A model generated the notes under the pieces. It saw nothing but the letters and a program-made list of their open reading frames with translations. It had not been told where the DNA came from and ran no database searches. This document shows, piece by piece, positions 1 through 10,134 of a DNA stretch of 64,000 nt. Source of the DNA: Candidatus Micrarchaeota archaeon (GTDB lineage: Archaea; Micrarchaeota; Micrarchaeia; Micrarchaeales; Micrarchaeaceae); NCBI GenBank assembly GCA_021792395.1, contig JAJYUR010000002.1:5592-69591 (forward strand), read 5' to 3'. How positions within the stretch are numbered: position 1 is the first letter of the stretch; the number at the start of each line of letters is the position of its first letter. The translations under genes and the position numbers were made by a program.

Positions 1-399
1 TTCGTCGCTCTCCCCTTCAGGCACATCGTCGGATGCTTCATCAGAAGCGTCATCCGAAGACTCTTTATCCGCTTCTTCTGTTTCTGAAAGCTCGTCAGAA
101 TTCCCGGATTTTTCCAGCACTTTTATCTTTCCGAATTTGCCTGTAGAAAGCTGCGGCGTTCCGCGAAATTCATTCACGTATCCGTTTGACACCTCTATTT
201 CGTCTCCTACATTTACGGTGTTTATGTCACTGCCCCACAGCGACATCGCAATGGTACCTGTATTATCCTTAAGTGTGATATTAGCTACGCTCAGCCTTTT
301 TCCGTATTTAGTCACAACTTCTCGCGGTTCGTCTTTTTGGGCAACCTTGGCCTTTATGGTTACGTTGCTTGCCCCTGCCTTTAGTTCATTTATCTTCAT
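1..399 (-). CDS. single OB-fold ssDNA-binding protein (SSB/RPA-like); C-terminus runs off the window
   Basis: Absent from the ORF track because it is open at the window edge. The reverse-strand ATG at 397-399 gives MKINELKAGASNVTIKAKV...LKDNTGTIAMSLWG...GYVNEFRGTPQLS, followed by an acidic D/E/S-rich tail. This matches the pattern of short archaeal SSBs. The listed + ORF 137..403 is its antisense shadow. Confidence 0.55.
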   Translation of the reverse strand, partial: MKINELKAGASNVTIKAKVAQKDEPREVVTKYGKRLSVANITLKDNTGTIAMSLWGSDINTVNVGDEIEVSNGYVNEFRGTPQLSTGKFGKIKVLEKSGNSDELSETEEADKESSDDASDEASDDVPEGESDE

Positions 400-547
400 T
401 TGATACACCTTAACAACTAGAATCAATAGGTTCAATACCTTTATATTTAGAAAAGTTATTAAATCTTGTTGATTTTCAGCAATAACAAAAATTATATCTG
501 TTTGCCATACACTTTTTGGAAAAGAATAAAAATAAGGGTTACTAAAA

Positions 548-1333
548 TTGCTTATGGAGGAGGAACATGCTGCTGGGATCCACCCTTCTTTTGCAAAGGT
601 GATAGAGCAGAAGAAGAGGATTAAGGATAGATTAGGCAATATCAAAAACAAGATAGGCGTTTATAGCGCAAAGGGGGGAGTCGGCAAGACGACAATGGCA
701 GTAAACCTGGCATTCACACTCGCCAAGAAGGGATTTAAAGTGGGCTTGCTCGACGCCGACATAGACTGCCCTAACGTGGCCTCATTTTTAGGCATAACCG
801 AAAAAATGGACATATCGGGCTTTCCTTTGAAACCTTTGGTCAAGGATGGCGTCAAAGTCGCTTCAACTGCCATGATAGTGGATGATATAAAAAAACCAAT
901 AATATGGCGCGGCCCGATAATAGCAAAGATGCTGAGTGATTTTTTTGAGAATACAGATTGGGGAAACCTTGACTATCTCGTAATAGACCTTCCGCCAGGA
1001 ACTTCTGATGCTCCGCTTACGATAATGCAGCTTCTAGACCTCAAAGGTTTCATATTAGTCACCACACCGCAACGCATATCGTCGATAAATTCGTTAAGGT
1101 CAGGACTCATGGCAAAACGGTTGAATGTAGGCATATTAGGGGTTATAGAGAATATGTCAACCGGTACGATAAGCGATAACACCAAGAGCATGATAGACGC
1201 TTTAGGCACTGAACTTTTAGGAACAGTTAAGTTTAGCAATTCATTCAATAGGTATAGCGATAATGGGATGGTAACTGTTTATAATGATGCAGGCATAGCT
1301 GATGAATTCGAAGCTATTTCGAAGAGGGTGTAA
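548..1333 (+). CDS. Mrp/NBP35-family P-loop ATPase (Fe-S cluster carrier-like)
   Basis: Deviant Walker A SAKGGVGKTT, LLDADIDCPN, VIDLPPGTSD and TTPQ motifs. The start may be the ATG at 554. Confidence 0.75.
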   Translation: MLMEEEHAAGIHPSFAKVIEQKKRIKDRLGNIKNKIGVYSAKGGVGKTTMAVNLAFTLAKKGFKVGLLDADIDCPNVASFLGITEKMDISGFPLKPLVKDGVKVASTAMIVDDIKKPIIWRGPIIAKMLSDFFENTDWGNLDYLVIDLPPGTSDAPLTIMQLLDLKGFILVTTPQRISSINSLRSGLMAKRLNVGILGVIENMSTGTISDNTKSMIDALGTELLGTVKFSNSFNRYSDNGMVTVYNDAGIADEFEAISKRV

Positions 1334-1487
1334 CAGGCGCATATAGGTACAGCCATCGCCACCTTAAGGTATATATATCTTTTCTTCCATATATAATCAA
1401 CGTATGCATATATGTATAGTAAAAATACATATTTCAACTATTTAATAACGACAAATCTTTTCATATTAAAAAACAAAATGTGATAAA

Positions 1488-3143
1488 ATGGCAGAAAATC
1501 AATTAGGAGGACAACAGTATGTACTGTTGCCAGAAGGAGCATCGCGTCTAATCGGAAGAGATGCGCAGAGGACCAATATTGCAGTAGCTATTGCAGTATC
1601 CAATGCTGTGAAGACCACTCTTGGGCCTAAGGGAATGGACAAGATGATGGTAAGCGATTTAGGAGACATAGTAATAACGAACGACGGCGCAACCATACTT
1701 GATGAAATGAATGTAGAACACCCAGTAGCAAAGATAATGGTGGATGTTGCAAAGACGCAAGACAAAGAGGTAGGCGATGGCACCACTAGCGTAGTAGTAA
1801 TGGCAGGAAACCTACTCAAAGGCGCAGAGGACCTGATAGAACAGGGCATCCATCCAACAATAATAATAAAGGGCTACAAGATGGCTGCAACAAAGGCAAT
1901 AGAGTTGCTGAATAAATATTCAAATACCGTAAAACCGGATGATGAATCAGTATTGCAGAAGATAGCACAGGTCTCACTGGGATCAAAGAACATAGGCAGC
2001 GACGCTACCAAAGCACAGATAGGAAAGCTTGTGATAAAGGCAATAAAACAGGTAATGGTTAAAAACAACAATGCAATATCCATAGACCATGATTTCATAA
2101 AGATAGAGAAGAAGGCAGGAGGCAGCACTGCGGGCACTGAATTGATAAATGGCGTCTTGATAGACAAAGAGGTTACGCATCCTGGAATGCCTAAACTTGC
2201 TAACAACGCTAAGATCGCTTTGCTTGATGCAGCGCTTGAGATAGAGAAGACCGAAACCGACGCAAAGATAGAGATAACTTCGCCTGACCAGATGCAGGCA
2301 TTCCTGCAGCAGGAGGAAAAGATGCTTAGGGATATGGTAGACAAGGTCAAAAAGAGCGGTGCAAAAGTAGTATTCACGCAAAAGGGCATAGACGACCTAG
2401 CACAGCATTATCTGGCAAAGGAAGGCATAATGGCAGCCAGGAGGATAAAGAAAAGTGATGTGGAAAAACTTTCCAGAGCAACAGGAGCAAAGATAGTTAC
2501 AAGCCTCGAAGACCTGACAAGTGATGATTTAGGATTTGCAGGCACAGTAGAAGAAAGGAAGATTGGCGGAGAGGCCATGATCTTCGTAGAGAAGTGCAAG
2601 GACCCAAAGAGCGTGACGATATTCGTAAGAGGAAGCTCACAGCAAGTAATAGACGAAGTAGAGCGCTCAATACAGGATGTAATCGGAGCATTATCTGCGA
2701 CCATGGAGAACGAAGGAAGGTACAACATCGGAGGAGGCGCAATAGAGATAGACGTTGCTGAAGGCATAAGGGCCTATTCGGGAGAGGTAGGCGGAAGGGA
2801 ACAGTTGGCAATACAGAAGTTCGCAGACGCTGCAGAAGCGATACCTAAGACCCTTGCTGAAAACAGCGGAATGGATGCGATAGACACCCTAGTCCAATTA
2901 AGGAGCAAGCATAAATCCAAAGAAGGCAAGGCATTCGGAGTCAACGTTTATAAGAATGCCATCTCAGACATGGAGAGGGAAGGCGTATACGAACCTACCA
3001 AGATGAAGGAGCAGATAATAAACAGTGCAAACGAGGCAGCACAAATGATTCTTAGGATAGACGACGTAATAAGCTCCAGATCCAAGGGAGGAGGAATGCC
3101 ACAGGGCGGAATGCCCGGAGGCATGGGAGGAGAGATGGACTGA
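1488..3143 (+). CDS. ths: thermosome subunit (group II chaperonin)
   Basis: 551 aa with [26 protein letters not shown] and a C-terminal GGM-type tail ([17 protein letters not shown]). Confidence 0.95.
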   Translation: MAENQLGGQQYVLLPEGASRLIGRDAQRTNIAVAIAVSNAVKTTLGPKGMDKMMVSDLGDIVITNDGATILDEMNVEHPVAKIMVDVAKTQDKEVGDGTTSVVVMAGNLLKGAEDLIEQGIHPTIIIKGYKMAATKAIELLNKYSNTVKPDDESVLQKIAQVSLGSKNIGSDATKAQIGKLVIKAIKQVMVKNNNAISIDHDFIKIEKKAGGSTAGTELINGVLIDKEVTHPGMPKLANNAKIALLDAALEIEKTETDAKIEITSPDQMQAFLQQEEKMLRDMVDKVKKSGAKVVFTQKGIDDLAQHYLAKEGIMAARRIKKSDVEKLSRATGAKIVTSLEDLTSDDLGFAGTVEERKIGGEAMIFVEKCKDPKSVTIFVRGSSQQVIDEVERSIQDVIGALSATMENEGRYNIGGGAIEIDVAEGIRAYSGEVGGREQLAIQKFADAAEAIPKTLAENSGMDAIDTLVQLRSKHKSKEGKAFGVNVYKNAISDMEREGVYEPTKMKEQIINSANEAAQMILRIDDVISSRSKGGGMPQGGMPGGMGGEMD

Positions 3144-3172
3144 TTAATAGTCCATACCCTGCTTTCACACAG

Positions 3173-3204
3173 ATGGGCAATCTTTTATTGCCCATGCTTT
3201 TTTT
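3173..3204 (+). terminator. hairpin plus T-run downstream of the thermosome gene
   Basis: Perfect 9-bp inverted repeat ATGGGCAAT/ATTGCCCAT (3173-3181 / 3187-3195) followed by GC and a run of seven T (3198-3204), 30 nt after the stop codon. Confidence 0.5.
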
Positions 3205-3234
3205 AATTTTGCTGATTGAAATGATTATGATATA

Positions 3235-3825
3235 ATGCCGCAAAAGAATAGGATAATACTTGTTTTTGGTTCACCAGGAGCTGGAAAGACCACGGTTATA
3301 ACAAAAAGTATAGGCAACAACGCCGCATACAGGATAATCAATATAGGTACGCTTATGAAGGACATAGCTATGAAGAAGGGATATGTCAGCGATAGGGATG
3401 CCGTGCGCTATTTACCGATAAAGGTTGCAACGGCGATCAGGAAAACAGCCATAGGACAGATCGAGAGGATGCCGGGCAACATAGTCATAGATACGCACGC
3501 TTCGGTTGAGCGCAGCAACAGATATTTCCCTGGCATGCCCCTAGATGCGATTTCCAGGCTCGACGGGATAGTAGGAATCATATACGTAGATGCTAAAACA
3601 GATGACATAATCAAAAGAAGAAAGAGCGACAAAAACAGAAAACGTGAAATGGAGAGTGCGGATACCATAGACCTGCAGCGGTCTATAAACATAGCAATGA
3701 TTAGCGCGATAAGCGCACATTTAAATATTTCCATATATATAATAGAAAATAATGAAGGAATGCTTCAATCGGCAAAAAAAAGTTTTAAAGCCGCATTGGA
3801 GGATATTATGAAAGAGTATATGTGA
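3235..3825 (+). CDS. adkA: archaeal-type adenylate kinase
   Basis: P-loop GSPGAGKTT, VSDRDAVRYL and IDTHASV resemble archaeal AdkA. Context is the conserved adk-DUF106-L34e-cmk-L14e block. Confidence 0.75.
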   Translation: MPQKNRIILVFGSPGAGKTTVITKSIGNNAAYRIINIGTLMKDIAMKKGYVSDRDAVRYLPIKVATAIRKTAIGQIERMPGNIVIDTHASVERSNRYFPGMPLDAISRLDGIVGIIYVDAKTDDIIKRRKSDKNRKREMESADTIDLQRSINIAMISAISAHLNISIYIIENNEGMLQSAKKSFKAALEDIMKEYM

Positions 3826-3829
3826 TTTT

Positions 3830-4300
3830 ATGACAGTTATGCCGCTCTCTTTTGCATTGATAATAGTAGGATTAGGGATATTTGAGGTATCGCTATCCGT
3901 GCTAATGCAGAGGAAATTAGTGAACCCCAAAAGGATGCGCGAGCTGCAGGCGCGGCTTAAATCCATATCAAAGGAGATGAATGCGCTTATAAAAAGCAAC
4001 GCCCCTAAGGAGCAGATATCTGCAAAGCAGAGTGAAATAATGCCTTTGATGAAAGAGAATATGACGATGTCGTTCAAACCCATGATAGTGATATTTCCGA
4101 TATTCATAATCGTATATTATGTACTTTTGCCTGCGCTGGCGGGCAAAGCAGATTACATCCTTAATTTCATAGGCATACCGCTGACTTACAATCTTGTATT
4201 CATAGCCACTGTCTTCATATTAGGCCTGATAAGCTCAATTGCAATACTACTTTATGACAGGAAAAAGGCAAAGGAGGAGGCCAAAGAGAATAAAACATAA
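3830..4300 (+). CDS. DUF106 family membrane protein (archaeal Oxa1/YidC-like)
   Basis: 156 aa: TM helix, charged helical segment (RMRELQARLKSISKEMNAL), then further TM helices. It holds the conserved position between adk and L34e/cmk. Confidence 0.65.
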   Translation: MTVMPLSFALIIVGLGIFEVSLSVLMQRKLVNPKRMRELQARLKSISKEMNALIKSNAPKEQISAKQSEIMPLMKENMTMSFKPMIVIFPIFIIVYYVLLPALAGKADYILNFIGIPLTYNLVFIATVFILGLISSIAILLYDRKKAKEEAKENKT

Positions 4301-4328
4301 TTATTTATAGTTTAAGCATTCTAAATAA

Positions 4329-4673
4329 ATGCTAATTCAGTCAAAGGTGTTATATTTGCCAAAACCGATGTATAGATCGCATAGTTTCAAGAAGTCTAAT
4401 AAGATTACAAAGACAGGAAGGAATGTAGTACACTACAAAAGAGGAAAGAATTCCATGCCGCATTGCGGCTTGTGCGGAGCGGAATTGAACGGCATCAGCA
4501 CAAAAGGAGGGAAGAGCAGGAAGACTAACAGCAGACCGTTCGGCGGTGTCCTCTGCGCCAATTGCACAGCCAACATAATAAAATTTGGCAGCAGGATAGA
4601 GCGAGGGGATATGAAGCTAGATGATATAAGCATAAGGGAGCGCGCTTTCGTTTTGCAGTTAGTTGCCCATTAG
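4329..4673 (+). CDS. rpl34e: 50S ribosomal protein L34e
   Basis: YRSHSFKKSNKITKTGRNVVHYKRGK...CGLCGAELNG...LCANC. The likely true start is the ATG at 4368 (MYRSHSF). Confidence 0.85.
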   Translation: MLIQSKVLYLPKPMYRSHSFKKSNKITKTGRNVVHYKRGKNSMPHCGLCGAELNGISTKGGKSRKTNSRPFGGVLCANCTANIIKFGSRIERGDMKLDDISIRERAFVLQLVAH

Positions 4674-4683
4674 AGGCGCTAAA

Positions 4684-5199
4684 ATGAAGATATGCATATC
4701 TGGTCTTACGGCAAGCGGAAAATCGACCTTGGCGGAAGAGCTTTCTAAAGCCCTTGGCATAAAGCATATCCATAAGTCTTATAAGGAATATGTAGATAGT
4801 TATTCGAAACTTGCGGATTTCACAGCTTCTGCAGATAAGAAGTTTGCAAATTCGTTTGATGCAGAAATAAAGAAGCTTGCAAATGGGGACTGCGTAGTTT
4901 CCACATGGCTTTCGCCATGGATGATTGAGGATGCAACGCTTAGGATATGGCTAAATGCAAGCGAATCAACAAGGTCGAAACGGCGTGCCGCACAGCACAA
5001 TGAGGTTGGTGGTAGCGATATATCAGCAATAGAAGGGATAGACAAAGCAGCCATAAACCAAGCTAAAAGGATATATGACATTGATATATTTGACCATAGC
5101 ATATTTGACATTGAAATCAATACGGAAAAAATGAGCATTATGGAATGCGCGTCGGCCATATCCATAATAGCATTGGAGAGGGACAGGAAGAATTTTTGA
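4684..5199 (+). CDS. cmk: cytidylate kinase (archaeal type)
   Basis: MKICISGLTASGKSTLAEEL P-loop and conserved position after L34e. The ORF-track start at 4663 overlaps L34e, so the ATG at 4684 is preferred. Confidence 0.75.
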   Translation: MKICISGLTASGKSTLAEELSKALGIKHIHKSYKEYVDSYSKLADFTASADKKFANSFDAEIKKLANGDCVVSTWLSPWMIEDATLRIWLNASESTRSKRRAAQHNEVGGSDISAIEGIDKAAINQAKRIYDIDIFDHSIFDIEINTEKMSIMECASAISIIALERDRKNF

Positions 5200-5206
5200 T
5201 ATTTAG

Positions 5207-5467
5207 GTGAATTTCATGTTGCTTGAAACTGGAAGAGTGTGCATAAAGAAATACGGAAGAGATGCTGGCAGCAGGGCTGTCATAATGAGTATCGAAAAGG
5301 ACGGATTTGTCAAGATAATGAGCTCAAAAAGGCAGAAGGAACGAAGGTGCAATCCAAACCACCTTGAATTCCTTAACGAAGTTGTAGATGTAAAAAGCAA
5401 GGACTTGGTAAACAAGACACTTGGAATAGAGTCTAATCAGAACGAGAAGCATCCAAAAAAGCAATAG
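5207..5467 (+). CDS. rpl14e: 50S ribosomal protein L14e
   Basis: KOW-like GRVCIKKYGRDAGSRAVIMSI, small basic protein, conserved position after cmk. An ATG at 5216 is also possible. Confidence 0.8.
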   Translation: MNFMLLETGRVCIKKYGRDAGSRAVIMSIEKDGFVKIMSSKRQKERRCNPNHLEFLNEVVDVKSKDLVNKTLGIESNQNEKHPKKQ

Positions 5468-5469
5468 GT

Positions 5470-6675
5470 TTACAGCGCGTTTAGGAATTTTAACGCGTCG
5501 TCAACAGTTTTCTGTTTTTTTGATTGTGACGGCTCGTCAAGAAGCTCAAATAACCCATGTACATCTATGGCGTTGTCAAAAGCGAGTTCCTTGAGCCTGG
5601 CGTTCATAAAGGATACCCCAAGATCTTTTATAGCAAGATCCCCTATCCTATTTTCATGTATTCCTTCTATGTTCTTTGCCAATTCAGGTATTGTGAGTTT
5701 TGACTGATCAATTTCTATAAAGGCGTCCTTCCCATATTTTGATGTTATGGGCTTTAAGTTCAACGAACCGAATTGCAAGCCAGCTTGCATGGTGCCTTCG
5801 AGATGGACCTTTATTATAGGCTTTGATGCACTCTTTGAAATCACCTGCTTTACCTCGGTTTCACATTTTTCCAGTATGTATTGAGTGCTTGAATCCTTGA
5901 ACTCCAACCTTATTGAAAAAAACTTTCTTGAATTTATAGGTATGAATTCATGGCTTGAATCCTTGGTATCAAGCAATATGAATCCTTTAGACCCCTGCTC
6001 GGCATCCTTCATCTGCGTCAGCACTGTACTGCCGGGGATCAGGAAGGGCTTTCCATGGACTTTAGCCTCCAGTGCATTGTGTATGTGGCCGTCGACATAA
6101 AGGTCAAACCCTTCAGGTAGGTCAGCATATTTTATAAAATCAGTATTGAACGGTAATAATTCATATATTGACTGGTGGAACATGAATATGCTGTACATGC
6201 CGCCCATCGGTTTTGGATCCAGCTCCTTAAGCTTTTCCTTTACTCTTTCATCGGATATGCCGCCGAGCCCGAAAACAGCAACATTTTCACTTCCGCTGCT
6301 TATTACTGCAGTCGATTCGCTTATATCTATGAGCATGCCGGCCAATGCCAAAAGCTTTAAGGCATTCTCTCTGCCTGCAGATGTCCTTTCATGCGTGCCA
6401 GGTATTGCTAGTATGGGCACATTCGTAAATGCTGTGCCAGGGCCGCGTATTTCTGCTGAGGCTGTCCATTTCTTCCTTGAAAGTTCCCTGAATATGTTTA
6501 GAGCTTCTGCAATTGCATCCGGCTTCGGAGCTCTTTTATCAAATATATCGCCAGGTATTATTATTGCGTCGGCCATTGCTGCGGCAGCTTCAAGCGCTTC
6601 TGTTGCCTGCTTGAAGGCGTCTTCTGCAAATCGCTCGTAACCTATATGCAAATCAGACACTATAGCTATTTTCAT
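5470..6675 (-). CDS. Mre11/SbcD-like metallophosphoesterase (DNA repair nuclease family)
   Basis: Calcineurin-like phosphoesterase motifs: IVSDLHIGY, PGDIFD, GTHE, FMFHQ, GHIH. No Rad50 gene is adjacent. Confidence 0.6.
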   Translation of the reverse strand: MKIAIVSDLHIGYERFAEDAFKQATEALEAAAAMADAIIIPGDIFDKRAPKPDAIAEALNIFRELSRKKWTASAEIRGPGTAFTNVPILAIPGTHERTSAGRENALKLLALAGMLIDISESTAVISSGSENVAVFGLGGISDERVKEKLKELDPKPMGGMYSIFMFHQSIYELLPFNTDFIKYADLPEGFDLYVDGHIHNALEAKVHGKPFLIPGSTVLTQMKDAEQGSKGFILLDTKDSSHEFIPINSRKFFSIRLEFKDSSTQYILEKCETEVKQVISKSASKPIIKVHLEGTMQAGLQFGSLNLKPITSKYGKDAFIEIDQSKLTIPELAKNIEGIHENRIGDLAIKDLGVSFMNARLKELAFDNAIDVHGLFELLDEPSQSKKQKTVDDALKFLNAL

Positions 6676-6687
6676 ACCATGACCACG

Positions 6688-7686
6688 TCATTTCTTGTTA
6701 GATTTCAGCGTGTTTAAAATTTCTTCAGTAAAGCCGTCAAAAAAGTTTTCATATTTATCCTTTTTTGGCCCATATGCGCCGCCTGCGCATGGATGTCCGC
6801 CGCCTGAACCCTCTATAATGGGTGCAAGTTTCCTCATTATCCTGCCAAAATGCAGCCCGTATTTAGTGTCCAATGTCGGCCTCAGCCTAGATGAAAAGGA
6901 TACCTCATTGGATGATTCTGATTTAAAAAGCGCTATGTCTGCGCCTATTTTTATTGCATCATCTGCAGCTATCCCTGCATGCACATCGGTAATACCATAT
7001 ATGAATATAAGGTCATGCTTTATGAACGCATCGGCATGCATTATGCTGTGTATCGTTTGCAGCCGTGCTTCTATAGATGACTCATGTGAAAATTCTGCCA
7101 ATATGCCCATGTAATCAGTCTTTGCTATGGAAAGCAGTTCACCTATTTGGATGAATGTTTGTGGAGTGGCATTTTTCAGTTCTGCAGAATCGGATATTAT
7201 ACCCATGCACAGCATTTTGGCAACCGGAACACTTATATCAAAGCGCAGGCGCTTGAGAAGCTCGTATATTATGCTTGCAGAGGAATTGAATGACTCATCG
7301 TTAAATACCAATGCGCCGGCATTTGACATGTCCGGATTGACATGATGATCTATTACAATTATGTCTTTTTTGAATTTTTCCATAGGCTGCTGAAAATTCC
7401 CGAGTTCCGAAGTGGAATTTGCATCAACGATTATTATGAGATCTGAATTTTCGTCAAATTTTGTTGATATGGCTTCTTTTTTATATCCGCACCTCTCAAG
7501 CACCCTCAAGGCGTTGGAGGTTATTATATCTGGCGTGGATATATGTGCATTAGGAAATATGGATAAAATTGCAGCAGCAGAAGATACCGAATCTGTATCG
7601 CCTATCGAATGAAATGTTATCATTACATTTGCATTGATGCGGCTTTTTACTTCTTCTACCAGCTGTTCTAGGCTTATTGCCTTCAT
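6688..7686 (-). CDS. DHH-family phosphoesterase (NrnA/RecJ-like)
   Basis: FHSIGDTDSVSSA, IIVDAN, VIDHH and C-terminal GGGHPCAGGA (DHHA1) motifs. Confidence 0.75.
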   Translation of the reverse strand: MKAISLEQLVEEVKSRINANVMITFHSIGDTDSVSSAAAILSIFPNAHISTPDIITSNALRVLERCGYKKEAISTKFDENSDLIIIVDANSTSELGNFQQPMEKFKKDIIVIDHHVNPDMSNAGALVFNDESFNSSASIIYELLKRLRFDISVPVAKMLCMGIISDSAELKNATPQTFIQIGELLSIAKTDYMGILAEFSHESSIEARLQTIHSIMHADAFIKHDLIFIYGITDVHAGIAADDAIKIGADIALFKSESSNEVSFSSRLRPTLDTKYGLHFGRIMRKLAPIIEGSGGGHPCAGGAYGPKKDKYENFFDGFTEEILNTLKSNKK

Positions 7687-7690
7687 GCTA

Positions 7691-8032
7691 TCATTTTTCT
7701 TGAAAGCCCTTTATTGCCTCATTTATTTGGGCCCTCATTTCCGCTTCTTTCTTTGAAAGTTCGTCCCCTTGCTTTGATATCAGGTTAAGTCGCATTTCTA
7801 CAAATTCTTTCTTCTCTTTTATGTTAGATAGTGCTTCTTCTTTAGTTGTCTCTATTATGACACCGCCTATTGTAGAGTACACCTTTCCCGATGCCTTGCC
7901 TATCTCTTCTTCGGCTTGTTTGTATTCCTGCTTTTGGGCTTCGTACTGCTGTTTTTGCATGGCTATGTTTTGCAGTTGCTCCTGCATTTTCTGGTAATTC
8001 ATTGTAAGCTTTTCCAATTGGTCGCGTTCCAT
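7691..8032 (-). CDS. pfdB: prefoldin beta subunit
   Basis: 113 aa: coiled coil, then beta hairpin (VYSTIGGVIIETTKEEA), then coiled coil. Confidence 0.75.
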   Translation of the reverse strand: MERDQLEKLTMNYQKMQEQLQNIAMQKQQYEAQKQEYKQAEEEIGKASGKVYSTIGGVIIETTKEEALSNIKEKKEFVEMRLNLISKQGDELSKKEAEMRAQINEAIKGFQEK

Positions 8033-8096
8033 AAAATCACTATTAGGATATGATGTATATTACAATGCAAATTTTTATAATTTGCATCTAATGCTT

Positions 8097-9194
8097 TTAC
8101 TTGTCTATTTCTGCCATCACTATATCCAGGCTGCCTAATATTGAAAATAAATCTGCCAATTTTATTTCCTTTGCTATGGAAGGAAGCACCTGCAGGTTGG
8201 TGTATGTTGGCGATCTTAGGTATATTCTGTACGGTCTTTGCTTATCCGGGACCATGTATATTAGGCCTTCACCCCTTGGCAGCTCCCTCCTATTCATTAT
8301 TATATCGGATTTTGCCTGTGGGCCAATCAATTTTATAGGCAGACCCACCACATCAGAATTTTTGGGCATCATCTCAAGCGCCTGTCGTATTATGCTTATG
8401 CTCTCAAACATCTCCGAATACCTAACCTTATACCTGGCATATGCATCGCCTTGCATGCTTGTAGGTATATTAAACTTGGTTTTGCCGTAGAAATAGTATG
8501 GAAGATCTTTCCTTACGTCCTTTTCGATGCCTGATGCCCTGAGCACCGGACCAGATACACCCCAGTTTATGGCTTCTTCTTTTGACAGCTTTCCTATGCC
8601 TTTTGTCCTTTCCATGAATATGCCATTAGAGTCTAGCACATCCGGATACTCTTTTATGTGCGATTCCAGATAATCTGTCAGTGCGTATGCCCTAGATGCA
8701 AAATCCGGAGGCAGCTGCCGCACCAATCCCCCTATTCGCATATTCACATAAAACATCCTGCTCCCCGATACATCTTCTAGAAGCTTCAGGACCTTCGCCC
8801 GTTCCCTGAATGTCCACATGAACATCGTGAACATCTGACCGACGTCATTGCAAAAGGTGCCAAGCCATAGCAGGTGGCTCGCTATCCTTTGAAATTCAAG
8901 AAGGATCATGCGCGCATATTGGGCGCCTTCCTTGACTTCTGAATTTAATGCCATTTCTACAGAATTGACATAAAGTTCATCCCACCCCATAGGGGCGACA
9001 TAGTCAAGTTTTTCAGTATATGATGGATTCTGCATATACATCCTTGTTTCCATCAGCTTCTCCACACCCCTGTGCAGGAAACCTATGTGCGGCTCTACAT
9101 TTTTTACAGTATCGCCGTCCAAATCCACTACAAGGCGCAGCACTCCGTGTGTACTTGGATGTATTGGACCTATATTTATGCGCATGTATGACAT
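8097..9194 (-). CDS. nuoD: NADH-quinone oxidoreductase subunit D (49-kDa subunit)
   Basis: NIGPIHPSTHGVLRLVVDLDG, HIGFLHRGVEKL, C-terminal DIVMAEIDK. Confidence 0.9.
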   Translation of the reverse strand: MSYMRINIGPIHPSTHGVLRLVVDLDGDTVKNVEPHIGFLHRGVEKLMETRMYMQNPSYTEKLDYVAPMGWDELYVNSVEMALNSEVKEGAQYARMILLEFQRIASHLLWLGTFCNDVGQMFTMFMWTFRERAKVLKLLEDVSGSRMFYVNMRIGGLVRQLPPDFASRAYALTDYLESHIKEYPDVLDSNGIFMERTKGIGKLSKEEAINWGVSGPVLRASGIEKDVRKDLPYYFYGKTKFNIPTSMQGDAYARYKVRYSEMFESISIIRQALEMMPKNSDVVGLPIKLIGPQAKSDIIMNRRELPRGEGLIYMVPDKQRPYRIYLRSPTYTNLQVLPSIAKEIKLADLFSILGSLDIVMAEIDK

Positions 9195-9203
9195 TTTTTC
9201 ACA

Positions 9204-9584
9204 TTATGCTTTTTTCTTATAGTCTTTTCCCCAGATGAACGCTTTCCTTAGCGGGTAGTCTGCGCCATTCCATTCTTCTAGTAGGAGGCGCTCCTGATTT
9301 GCGCCGGTTATTTTTATCCCAAACATTTCCTGCATCTCGCGTTCATACCATGCTGCGCCTGCGTAGATATTGCTTATAGTACCTAGCTCCGGATCGGTTG
9401 TGGGCAACTTAACGGTTATGACGGATTCTGATTTCTTATCAGTATTGTAAAGTATATACACTGCTTCTAAATGGTCCACGTAGTCCACGGCAGTAATTGC
9501 ATTTAGATAGTTATAGCCTTCCCGCTTCATTTCTGCGCATGTTTTCACTAAGGCTTCTTTCGTTGTCTCCATCGGTTTTTCCAC
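9204..9584 (-). CDS. nuoC: NADH-quinone oxidoreductase subunit C (short form)
   Basis: GYNYLNAITAVDY...AAWYEREMQEMFGI motifs. 126 aa, and it overlaps the 3' end of the nuoB ORF. Confidence 0.8.
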   Translation of the reverse strand: MEKPMETTKEALVKTCAEMKREGYNYLNAITAVDYVDHLEAVYILYNTDKKSESVITVKLPTTDPELGTISNIYAGAAWYEREMQEMFGIKITGANQERLLLEEWNGADYPLRKAFIWGKDYKKKA

Positions 9585-10134
9585 CTACTTTTTTTTGTAA
9601 TTTCATTAATGCAGCAAACAGGTTTTCCGGCTTCGGTGGGCAACCTGCAACATAAACATCTACGGGCAGCACCTGGTCTATGCCTTTTATTATATTGTAG
9701 CTTTCGTACCATGGGCCGCCTGCAGTAGCACATTCGCCATATGCAATCACATATTTTGGGGATGCCATCTGTTCATATAATCTTTTTATCCTGGGCACCA
9801 TCGATTTTGTCACCCAGCCTGCAACAATCATGACATCACATTGCCGAGGCGTGCCTCGGAATAGTAGGTATCCCTTCCTTTCTGCATCTATTCTTGACGC
9901 TCCGAAATCCATGAGCTCCATTGCGCAACACGCTAAGCCAAACTGCAGAGGCCATAGCGAATTTGAATGAGACCATTTAAGCAGGCCGCTTGCGCTTTTT
10001 TGGGTTATATCGCTCATTTTGGTAAACAGCGCGTTTACCGGCATCTTATATTTTTTTAAGCTGTCGACTACAAGCTTTGACATTTCTTTTTCGGAATTTA
10101 AAAATTCGTCTTTATTTTCCTGCATGATTATCAT
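9511..10134 (-). CDS. nuoB: NADH-quinone oxidoreductase subunit B (PSST, N2 cluster)
   Basis: SLWPLQFGLACCAMEL, GECATAGGPW, VAGCPPKPE. Confidence 0.9.
   Translation of the reverse strand: MIIMQENKDEFLNSEKEMSKLVVDSLKKYKMPVNALFTKMSDITQKSASGLLKWSHSNSLWPLQFGLACCAMELMDFGASRIDAERKGYLLFRGTPRQCDVMIVAGWVTKSMVPRIKRLYEQMASPKYVIAYGECATAGGPWYESYNIIKGIDQVLPVDVYVAGCPPKPENLFAALMKLQKKVGGKTDGDNERSLSENMRRNEAGRL

Noticed and set aside
137-403. 88-aa + strand ORF at the window start
   Set aside because: It is antisense to a much more convincing OB-fold SSB gene (reverse strand, ATG at 397-399, open to the window edge). Its sequence is hydrophobic and low in information, with no motif.
9511-9584. 74-nt overlap between the nuoB and nuoC ORFs, as a possible frameshift or fusion signal
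   Set aside because: Both proteins have complete conserved cores. The overlap involves only a non-conserved NuoB tail and the NuoC N-terminus, where alternative starts at 9572 or 9530 shorten it. Nothing suggests a fusion or recoding site.
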